Assembly (NCBI GenBank): GCA_965198225.1 | Contig: CBDAOY010000004.1 | Coordinates: 384,001 to 448,000, forward strand | Source of the DNA: Terriglobia bacterium | Lineage (GTDB): Bacteria > Acidobacteriota > Terriglobia > 20CM-2-55-15 | DNA length: 64,000 nt | Direction of reading: 5' to 3' | In this document: positions 18,373-28,918 of the stretch, one piece after another | How positions within the stretch are numbered: the stretch's first letter is position 1 | Layout: each line of letters begins with the position of its first letter | Program-made: the position numbers and the translations under genes | Notes under the pieces: model-generated | What the model was told of the DNA's origin: nothing | Databases searched by the model: none | What the model saw: the letters and a program-made list of their open reading frames with translations, nothing else

Positions 18373-21131
18373 AGCGATCACGGAACACCCCGATCTTGTT
18401 CGTTGGCCTGCTCGCTTTGATTTCCTACGTGTCCGCTTCGCGCTTGCCAGTCCACGGACAGGCGACCGCCAGCCAGGACGTCGGCAATATCCACGTGATG
18501 TTTGCCGAAGGCGACACGCTCAGCTCGGACAGTCCACCCCGGTTCGATACGCAGGGGGCGGCGCGGCAGTTCTACCAGAATCACGGCGACGACTACGACA
18601 TCCTCGTGTACTTCACGAACTTCCAGACCGCCGACGACGCGGACGGTTTCTTCTACGAGACGCTACGGAACTCCACTACGGGAATCGGCGTAGAACTGAT
18701 GGATCCGTCGGACGCCCTCGCCAACTACGGAAGTGCCAGCCGCCTGCAGGGGTCGGTCTTCCAGGGCCGGCTTTCGATATACCCGGACGACGATCTGGAC
18801 GCCCCGTTGATGGATGGAAGCTCGCCAGGGCAGACCGTCACCTCGAATACCCTCCTCGGGCAGGAAGTGATGCACCGTTTCAACGCGTTCGTCCGGTTCG
18901 ATTCCGACCCCGGACCCGGTATTACTCCCAGCCGGGACATGCTGGGACGCGAGCAAGCTCATTGGAGCTTCTACCTCGAATCCCAGGCGTCGGTCTTCGA
19001 TGGGCTGCAGTGGCGGGCCGATTCGAGCACCAATTTCACCGCGATCGACAGCTTCCGCCGGTTCAGCCAGCTGGACCTCTACCTGATGGGGGCGAAGACG
19101 GCCAGCGAAGTGGAACCGTGGTTCCTCATCGACGACCCGGTTCCGGTATTCAGCGACACGGCTCAGAGTGTGACAACTTCCGGCGAATACCCCGTCGTCG
19201 TCGTTCTGAGGAACTTCGGTCCCGAGGGCTCTCTCATCGACGACGTCCTCGTCTCGAACCCGGGGACGTCGCGTGAGCAGCAATTTTCCGTCGTCTCCAG
19301 TGGCCAGGACGTGACCGATTCAAGCCTCGGCCAGATCGAGATCGGCGTCAAGGGGACGGGACAACCGCCCACCGACATCGACTTCAAAGCCGGAGACCCG
19401 TTCCTCGTCAAATACGACGCGACCGGCCCGGTTCGGCACAAGATCGGAAACAGCGACAGCGAGGGCAACGTTCAGTTTCTTACCGGAGCTACCATCATCG
19501 TCAACGGCACGAAGAAAGACATCACGATCGACGACGTCATTGCCGTGGAAGGTCCGCGCGTTCCCGACGCACAGAACGGGGCGTCCGTGCGCGCAGCATT
19601 CATCCTGCTGCAACTGCCGGGCACGTCGATCAACCAGACCGAGGTCACGAAGCTGGACAATATTCGCAAAGGCTTCACGACCTGGTTCAACGATCAGACC
19701 GGTAGCCGCTTGACGATCGATACCAGCCTGGCGCAGACGGGTGTCACGTCGTTTACGCTTCCCGACAGCGGAGGGTTTTCCGCGACGACGTCGGCCACCG
19801 CGTCCGATGTCAGCAGCGGATACGCCAGGATCCTGCCCGGCAGCGGCAGTTCGGCCCCGGCCGGCCTGGCGATCTTTGGTTTTACGGCTGGAGGCGTGCT
19901 CGTTTCCGAGGCCGGCGTTCCGGCTTCACCGCTGATCCAAAGCGGCAGGATCTATGCCGAAGTCGCGGGAGCGGTCAATACGGGTCTGGCCATCGCGAAT
20001 CCGAGCAGCCTGGTCGCAACGGTGACATTCAGGTTCACCGACGCGACCGGGACCGATTTCGGAAGTGGCACAACCACGATTGCAGCGGGCGGCCAGATTG
20101 CGAAGTTCCTGAATCAGGATCCGTTCAACAGTGGCGACAACGTCAACGGGACGTTCACGTTCAGTTCGGATGTTCCGATCTCCGTGATTGCGCTGCGCGG
20201 TTTCACGAACGAGCGCGCGGAGTTTCTGATCACGACCCTGCCCGTGGCGACGCTTTCGACGACTTCGACGGCCACCGGCCTGTTCCCTCACTTTGCCGAC
20301 GGCGGTGGCTGGACCACGCAGGTCATACTGGTCAACCCGACCGATGGAGTGCTGGCCGGCAACGTGCAGTTCTTCAGTCAGGGCGACGACACGACATCCG
20401 GGGCGCCGGCAACGGTAACGGTGGACGGCGTGGCCGCCACTTCGTTCGCCTATTCGATACCGGCCCGAAGCTCGCGCCGGTTCCCGACATCGGGCACTCC
20501 GACGTCGACCACGTCCGGTTCGGTTCGAATCGTGCCGGCAGCGGGCAGCACCACGCCGTCCGGCCTGGGCGTGTTTACTTTCAAACCGGCCGGGTTCACA
20601 GTTGCCGAAGCGGGCGTGCCGCTGCTTCAGCCCGCCACGGCCGTGCGTATGTACGCCGAGTCGGCCTCGCCGATCCAGACCGGCGTCGCGGTCGCGAACC
20701 CGTCTTCGGATCCGGCCACGGTGATCTTCGAGTTGACCACCCTGGCCGGGGTATCGACGGGGCTGACCGGGACCGCTACGATTCCCGGCGACGGCCAGAT
20801 CGCGAAGTTTCTGGACCAGATCGCGGGTTTCGAGAACTTGACCACGCCTTTCCAGGGTGTGCTGCGGATCTCGACATCCTCGACATCGGGTCTCTCTATC
20901 GTGGGATTGAGAAGCCGCATCAATCAGCGCGGAGATTTCTTGATCACAACGACTTCGCCGGTCGACGAGAACGCTGCCACCTCGACGGCCGAGCAGCTGT
21001 TCCCGCACTTCGCCGACGGCGGCGGCTGGTCGACCCAGTTCATCCTGTTCGGGGGCTCGGGAGCCTCGACGGCAGGGGAGCTGCGGTTCCTGTCTCAGAC
21101 GGGACTGTTGATTGATGTGACCTCGCCGTGA
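18369..21131 (+). CDS. Large secreted protein with a zincin-like N-domain (QExxH) and a duplicated C-terminal beta-rich domain
   Basis: LLGQEVMHRF, HWSFY, FSQLDLYLMG; two repeats containing TG.A.ANP and FPHFADGGGW. Confidence 0.75.
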   Translation: MKRSRNTPILFVGLLALISYVSASRLPVHGQATASQDVGNIHVMFAEGDTLSSDSPPRFDTQGAARQFYQNHGDDYDILVYFTNFQTADDADGFFYETLRNSTTGIGVELMDPSDALANYGSASRLQGSVFQGRLSIYPDDDLDAPLMDGSSPGQTVTSNTLLGQEVMHRFNAFVRFDSDPGPGITPSRDMLGREQAHWSFYLESQASVFDGLQWRADSSTNFTAIDSFRRFSQLDLYLMGAKTASEVEPWFLIDDPVPVFSDTAQSVTTSGEYPVVVVLRNFGPEGSLIDDVLVSNPGTSREQQFSVVSSGQDVTDSSLGQIEIGVKGTGQPPTDIDFKAGDPFLVKYDATGPVRHKIGNSDSEGNVQFLTGATIIVNGTKKDITIDDVIAVEGPRVPDAQNGASVRAAFILLQLPGTSINQTEVTKLDNIRKGFTTWFNDQTGSRLTIDTSLAQTGVTSFTLPDSGGFSATTSATASDVSSGYARILPGSGSSAPAGLAIFGFTAGGVLVSEAGVPASPLIQSGRIYAEVAGAVNTGLAIANPSSLVATVTFRFTDATGTDFGSGTTTIAAGGQIAKFLNQDPFNSGDNVNGTFTFSSDVPISVIALRGFTNERAEFLITTLPVATLSTTSTATGLFPHFADGGGWTTQVILVNPTDGVLAGNVQFFSQGDDTTSGAPATVTVDGVAATSFAYSIPARSSRRFPTSGTPTSTTSGSVRIVPAAGSTTPSGLGVFTFKPAGFTVAEAGVPLLQPATAVRMYAESASPIQTGVAVANPSSDPATVIFELTTLAGVSTGLTGTATIPGDGQIAKFLDQIAGFENLTTPFQGVLRISTSSTSGLSIVGLRSRINQRGDFLITTTSPVDENAATSTAEQLFPHFADGGGWSTQFILFGGSGASTAGELRFLSQTGLLIDVTSP

Positions 21132-21215
21132 GGCGATAGAGGCTTTCGGATTATTGCTCGGAGAAGGTGTCCAGCCCCACGACCGAATTAGGAGTTGGTG
21201 ATCACCGAACCGAAC

Positions 21216-21263
21216 CTGCAATAACTGATGAACCAATTAGGAAAATGGGGGCTCTGCCCCCTT
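21216..21263. repeat. GGGGGCAGAGCCCCC repeat, copy 2 (inverted)
   Basis: Reverse complement aligns with 3776-3826. Confidence 0.7.
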
Positions 21264-21300
21264 GTTTTTTTGATAGGGTGTCGGGAACGGAGGAGCATTC

Positions 21301-21996
21301 ATGGGATCAGAAACTTTGCGGGTCGGACTGATAGTTCCGTCCTCCAACACCGTGATGGAGCCGGACATGCACCGCGAGCTGGGCGATTCGTGCGCGATCA
21401 GCACTTCACGGACGATGCTCGAGGAGGCCTCGCGAGAGGCCGAAACGCGGATGCTGCAGGAAGAGCTGCCTCGCTCGATCAGGCTGATCGCGACGACGGA
21501 TCCGCATGTGACGGTTTTTGGCTGCACCTCGGCCGGGTCGTTGGGCGGCGTGGCCCACGACCGGGAGATCGGGGAGAGCATCCAACGCGAAACCGGCGGC
21601 AAGGGCGTTACAGTCGTCGCCTCCGTCCTGGCCCAACTGAAGAGACTGCGGGTTCGTCGGCTCGCCGTATTCACTCCCTATGTCGAGGAGCTAACCGAAT
21701 CCGTCACAGGATGCCTGCGCGAGGGCGACTATGAACTCGCCAAGGTCGCCGGGATGTGTCTTCTCAACAATCGCGACATCGGCGAAGTGACACCGGAGCA
21801 GATCGAGGAGTTTGTCGCCGGTCATATGGAAGGAGTAGAGGCCGACAGCATCTTCCTTTCGTGCACGAACTGGCAGGCGATTGGCGCGATCGCTCCCTTG
21901 CGTGAAAGATTCGGTGTACCAGTGGTTTCCAGCAACCAGGCCACGATCGACGCAGTCCGAGGAGTTGTTTCCGAAAGAGCTGCCGTTGAGGTGTAG
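21301..21996 (+). CDS. Maleate cis-trans isomerase / Asp-Glu racemase family protein
   Basis: GLIVPSSNTVME, FGCTS, LSCTN, VSSNQA. Confidence 0.88.
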   Translation: MGSETLRVGLIVPSSNTVMEPDMHRELGDSCAISTSRTMLEEASREAETRMLQEELPRSIRLIATTDPHVTVFGCTSAGSLGGVAHDREIGESIQRETGGKGVTVVASVLAQLKRLRVRRLAVFTPYVEELTESVTGCLREGDYELAKVAGMCLLNNRDIGEVTPEQIEEFVAGHMEGVEADSIFLSCTNWQAIGAIAPLRERFGVPVVSSNQATIDAVRGVVSERAAVEV

Positions 21997-22059
21997 GTGC
22001 GGTCTATGACCGCACATTCGTCGAGCCGAAACCCTGTGCGCTCATAGAGCGCACCTACA
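21991..22059. repeat. REP doublet whose GTAG supplies the upstream gene's TAG stop
   Basis: GTGTAG at 21991-21996 is both the stop codon and the REP start. Confidence 0.9.
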
Positions 22060-22065
22060 AAACCC

Positions 22066-22170
22066 ATGACCATCTACTTGATCCTCCTGTCCGCTATGGC
22101 CATCGCCTTCGTTCCCCTGATTGTGGCCCTGATCCTCGAACGCCGCGAATCCGATGAGGAGAACCGCTGA
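22066..22170 (+). CDS. 34-aa single-TM protein, possible symporter accessory subunit
   Basis: MTIYLILLSAMAIAFVPLIVALILERRESDEENR; TGATG overlap with the symporter start. Confidence 0.6.
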   Translation: MTIYLILLSAMAIAFVPLIVALILERRESDEENR

Positions 22171-23609
22171 TGGATGGTGTGCTCCTGGCGGCGTTCATCA
22201 TCTATTCGTTGTTCATCCTTGGAGTCGGGGTCTGGGGCTACAGGAAGGAATCGTTCTCGGCCTATGCCGTGGCGGGCCGCTCGATCGGGACTTTCCTGGG
22301 CACGGGATCGTTCATTGCGACCTTTCTGTCGGCCATCACGGTCATCGGAGTTTCCGGCTACGCTTCGCGCTACGGCTGGTCCGCCGCGGCCTTTACCTGC
22401 TACGGCTACGCGATGGGCTGGGTGCTGCTGGTCGTTGCCGCGAAGAAGATGCACCGATCCGGGCTGACCACTGTTCCGGAGTTCCTGCGCACGCGGTATG
22501 AGTCGACCGGTCTGGGAGTGTTCTCGGCCCTGGTGATCATCGGTTTGTACTCCCTGACCCTGGTCGTGCAGCTCCTGGGCGTGGCCATCACGCTCAACAC
22601 GCTCATCGGATTCGCGGTGCCAGTTGCAATTCTGCTGGTCGGGGGCATCTTCCTGACCTACACGGTTCTGGGAGGATTGGCTTCGGTCGTGCGGACCGAC
22701 ATGATCCAGGCGGCGTTGCTGGGTAGCGGCGTCCTGATCGGAGCGATCGTCGTGATCTGGAAGACCGGCTTCACGGTCATCACCGCGCCTCCCGAACATC
22801 TGTCGCGTTTCTTCGGCGGCGATGTCTTGAGTACCGGCGATCTGATAGGCTGGGCGCTGGTCTGGGGTCTGGGCATCCCGACGCAGTCCTACTACCTGCA
22901 CCGTTTTTACGCCAGCCGGAACACCGAGGTCGCCCGGATGCAGATCGCGCTGGCGAGCATCATTATTATGGTGCTCCTGCTGTCGGTGATCATATGCGGA
23001 GTCGGAGCCGGGATGCTGATCCCTGCGGATCAGGTCGGCAATGGCGCATTGCCCTATCTGTTCAAGAACGTCATCGGCGGGTGGGTCAGCGTCTTCATCC
23101 TGCTGGCGATCACCGCCTCGGTCCATTCGACGACGGACGGGTTGCTGCATGTTGTCGGCCTGTACTTTGCGGTCGACGTCTACAAGCGGGGCGAGGGTCA
23201 GGCAAGTAACGCTCGACTGCTGAGCGTCAGCCGGCGGGCGACGCTGGTATTCGGGTTGACCGTCACGTTGATCGCCACCTATATATCGCTGAATCCAGTT
23301 CCTCTCATCAGCCTGATCGCAGGTGTCGCGTGGGGCGGCATGGCGTCGACGCTCTTCGCCCCGTTGTTCTTCGGCCTGTTCTGGTCGAGAGCCACTCGAG
23401 CAGGGGCGCTCGCGAGCGCTATCGGAGGGTCGACATTCGCGGCCGCAGGCTTCTACTTGAAGCAGGCCGGCGTGTTCGACTTTCACGAAATCTATCCCGG
23501 GTTGATCGCTTCCCTGGCCTTGATGGTGACGGTGTCGCTCGCGACCCGACCCAACACCGAGCAAGTCATCAACCGGTTCTTCGCGACAAGCGTTACAACC
23601 GACGTCTGA
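22170..23609 (+). CDS. Sodium:solute symporter family transporter
   Basis: Y.VAGRS, ATFLSA, TVPEFL..RY, YT.LGGL..V..TD.IQ, about 13 TMs. Confidence 0.92.
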   Translation: MDGVLLAAFIIYSLFILGVGVWGYRKESFSAYAVAGRSIGTFLGTGSFIATFLSAITVIGVSGYASRYGWSAAAFTCYGYAMGWVLLVVAAKKMHRSGLTTVPEFLRTRYESTGLGVFSALVIIGLYSLTLVVQLLGVAITLNTLIGFAVPVAILLVGGIFLTYTVLGGLASVVRTDMIQAALLGSGVLIGAIVVIWKTGFTVITAPPEHLSRFFGGDVLSTGDLIGWALVWGLGIPTQSYYLHRFYASRNTEVARMQIALASIIIMVLLLSVIICGVGAGMLIPADQVGNGALPYLFKNVIGGWVSVFILLAITASVHSTTDGLLHVVGLYFAVDVYKRGEGQASNARLLSVSRRATLVFGLTVTLIATYISLNPVPLISLIAGVAWGGMASTLFAPLFFGLFWSRATRAGALASAIGGSTFAAAGFYLKQAGVFDFHEIYPGLIASLALMVTVSLATRPNTEQVINRFFATSVTTDV

Positions 23610-23615
23610 ACATCG

Positions 23616-23640
23616 GTGTAGGTGCCGCCTATGACCGCAC
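23616..23640 (+). repeat. Degenerate single REP
   Basis: GTGTAGGTGCCGCCTATGACCGCAC. Confidence 0.75.
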
Positions 23641-23674
23641 AGATGTAGGCCATTGAGTAATTTGGAGGTTTCTG

Positions 23675-25459
23675 ATGAATCGCATACGAGCGGGACTTCG
23701 CCTCTTGCTTCTCTTTGTCTTCGCCATCGCCTGGATGATTGCCCCGGACGCTCCCGGCCACATCGAGGCCCAGTCGGAACAGGCTGCGCCCGACGTGCGC
23801 CTCGAGCGCAACGTCCTGGTGCCGATGAGCGACGGCGTTCGCCTGGCGGCGGACGTCTACCTGCCGGAGGGAGACGGCCCCTTCCCGGTCCTGCTCACTC
23901 GCACTCCGTACAACAAAAATCGAGGCGAGCGCGCGGCGCGCCGCTACGCGGGGGAAGGCTACGCGGTGGTGGTCATGGACTCGCGCGGCATCTACGCCTC
24001 GCGTGGGGATTGGCTGCCCTACACGACCGAGGCCCAGGATGGATACGACACGCAGCAGTGGGTTGGGGACCAGGAGTGGTCGAACGGGAAGATCGGCATG
24101 TACGGGACCTCCTACCCGGGCTTTACACAGTTGCTTCCGGCCCGCTTTCGGAGCCCGTATGTGAAAGCCATCGTACCGATCGCCGCACAGTCGGACAATT
24201 TCGGGAGCATCTGGTCGACAAACGGTCTCTACCACCTGGCGCTCGGTCTGAGCTGGGGGACCCGGCAGGAGGCGATCGCCACCGAACAGACCATGCCGGA
24301 GTTGACATGGATGCAGGCGATGAACCACCTGCCGTTGAACACGGCGATGGACGAGGTTGGCGTGTATTCGGAATTCGTCGCCAACACGATTGGCCACGAG
24401 ACCTACGACGACTTCTGGCGCCAGATGAGCGTCCGCGACGACTACGCCGAGATGGACGTGCCGGCGTTCCACGTCACCGGCTGGTACGACGACCTGGTGT
24501 CGGAGACGATCCTGAACTTCACGGAAATGCGCGGGCAGTCGCGCTCCGAGCATGCGCGGCGTTGGCAGAAGCTCTTGATTGGTCCGTGGGGGCACGGTGT
24601 GCGACCGAATCCGATCTACGGCGATGCCGACTTCGGGGACGAGGTCGCTCGAGTCGACGCCTTCGACTTTCACATGCAGTGGTTCGACTACCATCTCAAG
24701 GATGTCGACAACGGGCTCGATGAAGAGGCGCCGATCCGTATCTTCGTGATGGGCGACAACGTCTGGCGCGACGAGTGGGAATGGCCGCTCTCCAGAGCCG
24801 AATCCCGGACTATGTACCTTGCGAGCGGCGGGGCGGCCAACACCCGCTTCGGGAACGGCTTGCTGAGCTCGGACGAACCGGAAGGTGCGGAATCGGATCA
24901 GTACCGTTACGATCCCCGGAACCCCGTCCCGACCTACGGCGGCCACGGTTGCTGTGGGGCGGGCACGACACCGGATGGCCCGCTGGACCAACGGGCGACC
25001 CAGCAACGCCAGGATATCCTCGTCTACACCACTGACGAGTTGACCCAAGACATCGAAGTGACCGGGACGGTCGAACTGCGGCTGTTCTTCTCCACCGACG
25101 TGAGCGACACCGACTTCTTCGTGACACTGTCGGACGTGCGGCCGGATGGCCGTGCCATCCTGATCACGGAGGGCGCACTGCGGACTCGCTTTCGGAACTC
25201 TATCGAACGCGTAGAGCTGTTGACGCCGGGTGAGATCTACGAAGTTACGATCCCGATGTGGGAGACCAGCAATGTGTTCAAGGAAGGCCACCGCATCCGC
25301 CTGCATGTCACAAGCAGCAACTTCCCGCGTTTCGCCCGGAACCTGAATTCCGGAAAGGCGCTGGGAGAGGAAGCGGAGGCCGACATCCGTGTTGCCACCC
25401 ACACGATCTACCACGACGCGGCGCGCTCCTCGGCGCTCGTCCTCCCGGTCATTCAATAA
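23675..25459 (+). CDS. CocE/NonD-family serine hydrolase, exported
   Basis: MSDGVRLAADVY, RTPY, GTSYPG, GWYD, IGPWGH, SSNFPRF. Confidence 0.92.
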   Translation: MNRIRAGLRLLLLFVFAIAWMIAPDAPGHIEAQSEQAAPDVRLERNVLVPMSDGVRLAADVYLPEGDGPFPVLLTRTPYNKNRGERAARRYAGEGYAVVVMDSRGIYASRGDWLPYTTEAQDGYDTQQWVGDQEWSNGKIGMYGTSYPGFTQLLPARFRSPYVKAIVPIAAQSDNFGSIWSTNGLYHLALGLSWGTRQEAIATEQTMPELTWMQAMNHLPLNTAMDEVGVYSEFVANTIGHETYDDFWRQMSVRDDYAEMDVPAFHVTGWYDDLVSETILNFTEMRGQSRSEHARRWQKLLIGPWGHGVRPNPIYGDADFGDEVARVDAFDFHMQWFDYHLKDVDNGLDEEAPIRIFVMGDNVWRDEWEWPLSRAESRTMYLASGGAANTRFGNGLLSSDEPEGAESDQYRYDPRNPVPTYGGHGCCGAGTTPDGPLDQRATQQRQDILVYTTDELTQDIEVTGTVELRLFFSTDVSDTDFFVTLSDVRPDGRAILITEGALRTRFRNSIERVELLTPGEIYEVTIPMWETSNVFKEGHRIRLHVTSSNFPRFARNLNSGKALGEEAEADIRVATHTIYHDAARSSALVLPVIQ

Positions 25460-25565
25460 AGGGGGCAGAGCCCCCATTTGCCTCAATTCGTTTCCACTGC
25501 AGTTTCGAAATCAGGTAAATGGGGGCTCTGCCCCCCCTATTGAGTTATTTAGTTCTCCTCTTATT
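25458..25565. repeat. GGGGGCAGAGCCCCC repeat, inverted pair
   Basis: GGGGGCAGAGCCCCCATTT ... AAATGGGGGCTCTGCCCCC plus tail TAGTTCTCC.CTTATT. Confidence 0.7.
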
Positions 25566-25643
25566 TCATTTTGCGGAACGTAACCTTTCCGCAGACCAGC
25601 GGTATTGACAGCATTTGGGCCAACCGCGTCCAGAGGAGATCCC

Positions 25644-28055
25644 ATGCTGCAATCGCTGGTTCAAGACTTTCGTTTCGCGGTCCGTACGTTTCTGAAGATC
25701 CCCGGTTTCACTCTGGTTGCCGTCCTGACGCTGGCGCTGGGTATCGGCGCCAACACGGCGTTCTTCAGCGTCATCAACGGCATCCTCATCGAGCCCCTGG
25801 CGTATCCGGATCCGGATCGTATCGTGGTGATCCGGAATACCTATGGTGGCGGTCCGTCATCCAACGCGGTTCCCGACTACATGGACCGCGTTCGGGACGG
25901 GTTGACGCTGGAAGCGGTTGCGGCCATCCGTCGAACGGACTTCAACCTCACCGGCCGAGGCAGCACGGCTCATGTGGAAGGGGCCAACGTCACGGCCGGC
26001 TTCTTCGACGTGATGGGGGTGCAGCCCCTCCTCGGGCGGGTCTTCACGGTGTCGGAGGACCTACCCGGCGCGAACGATGTCGTCGTCCTGAGTCACGGGA
26101 CGTGGCAGCTCTACTTCGGAGGAGATGGGAACATCGTCGGCCAGCGGATCGAATTGGACCAGCAGCCCTACACGGTGGTAGGTGTCATGCCCGAGGCCTT
26201 CCGCGCGCCGATGAGTGAGGCGGAAATCTGGAGACCCATCGCCTTCACCCTGGCCCAGATGGACGAGGGCAACCGCGGGAACGAATTCCTGACGAACATC
26301 GGGCGCTTTAAGGCGGAGTTCACTCTCCGGGAAGTCGACGCCGAGATGGCGACGCTCGGGGCCCGTGCGGTCGATACGGCCGGTCGGCGAAGAGACTTCC
26401 TGATCAACGCGCAGTTCAGCGCCGAAGCCGTCGCTCTGGCGGACGAAACCATCGGCGAGGCCCGGACGCCGTTGCTCGTCCTCCTCGGCGCCGTGGGCAT
26501 GGTCCTGTTGATCGCTCTGGCGAATGTGGCCAACCTGCTCCTGGCCCGCGCGTCCGGGCGCCAGCGCGAGATTTTCATCCGGACGACTCTGGGCGCGCCA
26601 CGCGGGCGGATCATCCGGCAATTGCTGACCGAGAGTGTGTTGTTGGCGTCCGCCGGAGGCGTGCTGGGGCTGCTGCTGGCCTATTGGGCTGTGCGTGCCT
26701 TTGTCGGAATGGGCCTGGAAGGTATCCCGAGGCTGGAAGACGTCGTCGTCGATCCGGCGGTGGTCGCTTTCGCCGCCGGTCTCTCCATATTGACCGGGAT
26801 CCTGTTCGGATTCGTCCCGGCCTGGTCGACATCTGGCGTGTCTCAGGGCTCGCTCCAGGAAGGCGGCCGAGGATCGAGTTCATCGGGTCGCGGTCTGCGG
26901 AACACGGTTGTCGTGATCGAAGTGGCCGTGGCGCTCATTCTCCTGGTCGGTGCGGGACTGCTGGTGGGTAGCCTTCGACAGTTATTGGAAATCAGCCCGG
27001 GGTTCCAGGCGGAGGGTCGACTCGCCTTTCGTCTGTCGCTGCCCAGCAACGCTTATCCGGAGCCGGAACAGAAGAGCGCGGTCTTCGACCAACTGATCGA
27101 ACGGATCGTCGCGCTGCCGGGGGTCCGTTCCGCGGGTTATACGACGCTCCTACCGATGGACATCCGCAACGATACGGCGACATTCCACGTTGAAGGATAC
27201 GAGCTGGCGGCAGGGGCCGACCCGCTCGGAGCGGAACTGCGTCGGATCAGCGGCAGCTACATCGAGACGATGGGCATCCCGTTGTTGCGCGGCCGCACCT
27301 TCGATCGTGGCGATACCTACGATAGCCAGCTCGTCGTCCTCGTCGATCGGGATACCGCCGCGTTCTTCTGGCCGGCTGAAGACCCGATCGGCAAGCGACT
27401 GCGCTTCGGGCATAGTTGGCGGGAAGTCGTCGGCGTGGTCGGGCGTGTCAAGAACGTGGGCCTTGATGTTGACGGACAGTTCCAGGTCTACGGTCCCATG
27501 GCGCAGGAGCCTGAAAACGACATGGTCGTGACGATTCACGCTGAAGGCGACGCTGCGGCGTTGGCCAGTGCGGCACAGGCCGAAGTTACCGCACTGGACC
27601 CCGCGCTGCCCATCTTCGATGTCCGTCTGGTGGAAGATGTTTTCAACGAGTCCCTCGCCGCCCGGCGCTATTCGATGATGGTCCTGGGTGGGTTCGGTCT
27701 GACAGGACTGCTGCTGGCGGCCATCGGAATCTACGGCGTCATCTCTTATTCCGTCCGCCAGCGCGCTAAGGAGCTCGGCATCCGAATCGCTCTCGGCGCG
27801 CAGAAAGGCGACGTCCTCCGGCTGGTGCTTGGGCAGGGGATGGGTCTGACGCTGATGGGAGTGGCGATCGGTCTGATGGGCGCCTTCTGGCTGACCCGCT
27901 TTCTGGAGTCTCTCCTGTACGGCATCACCCCTACGGACCCGATGACCTTCGCGACGATAGCGGCAGTCCTGATCGGCACTGCATTGCTGGCGACCTACAT
28001 CCCGGCTTTCCGGGCGACCCGCCTTGACCCGGTCGTGACCCTGCGGGACGAATAG
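25644..28055 (+). CDS. ADOP-family duplicated ABC permease
   Basis: QDFRFAVR..K.PGFT, LALGIGANTA, ELGIRIALGA, RATRLDP. Confidence 0.92.
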   Translation: MLQSLVQDFRFAVRTFLKIPGFTLVAVLTLALGIGANTAFFSVINGILIEPLAYPDPDRIVVIRNTYGGGPSSNAVPDYMDRVRDGLTLEAVAAIRRTDFNLTGRGSTAHVEGANVTAGFFDVMGVQPLLGRVFTVSEDLPGANDVVVLSHGTWQLYFGGDGNIVGQRIELDQQPYTVVGVMPEAFRAPMSEAEIWRPIAFTLAQMDEGNRGNEFLTNIGRFKAEFTLREVDAEMATLGARAVDTAGRRRDFLINAQFSAEAVALADETIGEARTPLLVLLGAVGMVLLIALANVANLLLARASGRQREIFIRTTLGAPRGRIIRQLLTESVLLASAGGVLGLLLAYWAVRAFVGMGLEGIPRLEDVVVDPAVVAFAAGLSILTGILFGFVPAWSTSGVSQGSLQEGGRGSSSSGRGLRNTVVVIEVAVALILLVGAGLLVGSLRQLLEISPGFQAEGRLAFRLSLPSNAYPEPEQKSAVFDQLIERIVALPGVRSAGYTTLLPMDIRNDTATFHVEGYELAAGADPLGAELRRISGSYIETMGIPLLRGRTFDRGDTYDSQLVVLVDRDTAAFFWPAEDPIGKRLRFGHSWREVVGVVGRVKNVGLDVDGQFQVYGPMAQEPENDMVVTIHAEGDAAALASAAQAEVTALDPALPIFDVRLVEDVFNESLAARRYSMMVLGGFGLTGLLLAAIGIYGVISYSVRQRAKELGIRIALGAQKGDVLRLVLGQGMGLTLMGVAIGLMGAFWLTRFLESLLYGITPTDPMTFATIAAVLIGTALLATYIPAFRATRLDPVVTLRDE

Positions 28056-28130
28056 CTTAACGCTCAGTAAGATAGGGAGAGACTCATGCCGCCAGCTGGA
28101 ACGGGCGGCGGGAGGCGCACTGGTCCGGCT

Positions 28131-28658
28131 CTAAAAGACCGGCATGCCCACTTCTGCCTGTTTGGACAGCCAGGTGGTTTCCAGTTGCTTGACGATCACC
28201 ATCAGTGAGTCCGGGGGCTCGAGTTTGCCCCAGCGGAACGTGTCCGTGAAGGAGATCCCGTAGCGCGACCCATTCCGACGCCGGGCAACCCCGCGTAGAT
28301 TGACGCACTTGGACGCGTACTCCAGCTCGACCTTAAGGTTCGTATTCAGCGGCAGCTCGTGAGCATGGCCTTGTAGCTCCACGAGGATGCCGGACAGGCT
28401 GATGTCCAGGGTCCGCACCAGCCAGATCATCTTTCCGTTGGACACGCAGGCCTTGATCCCGCCGTCGGGCGGGATCGGGACGCGAAAACCGGCCCGCAGG
28501 TCACTTTCCTCCGGATTCAAACTCTCCAGGTATGCGACCAGTTCCGGTAGAGCTTCGGCCCCGACTGTAACCTCTCGGTTCGGATACCCCACCTTCTGGA
28601 AAATCAGTCGGTCGCCGCCGGAGCTGACCGTGATTCCGCCTAGTCGAATTTCAGACAT
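28131..28658 (-). CDS. PilZ-domain protein
   Basis: RAGFR (RxxxR), DISLSG (DxSxxG), YGISF. Confidence 0.75.
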   Translation of the reverse strand: MSEIRLGGITVSSGGDRLIFQKVGYPNREVTVGAEALPELVAYLESLNPEESDLRAGFRVPIPPDGGIKACVSNGKMIWLVRTLDISLSGILVELQGHAHELPLNTNLKVELEYASKCVNLRGVARRRNGSRYGISFTDTFRWGKLEPPDSLMVIVKQLETTWLSKQAEVGMPVF

Positions 28659-28918
28659 CTTCTATTCACAATTAACCAGCCGTTTGACAGACAGTTACCC
28701 TAACGTCTGCCTTATCTTCCCTCGTCGATTATCCAGGTGCCTACCTTCACAATCGGCAAATAGCCGCAGAAACTGCACCCTGAACAGTTTGAAAATTAGG
28801 GACATAAGTGCCGGTTCCCATTTTTCTCGAGGCCGTCCCTCACTCACGATAATGGCGCAGAATCGTCTACTTACTTAGGCGACCGAAGACGCACCATCGC
28901 AAGGGCAAGGAGGTCCAG

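Noticed and set aside
8908-25486. Long antisense ORFs (e.g. 8908-10428, 12607-14202, 22074-23564, 23492-25486)
   Set aside because: These are shadow frames of GC-rich genes with no recognisable motifs.
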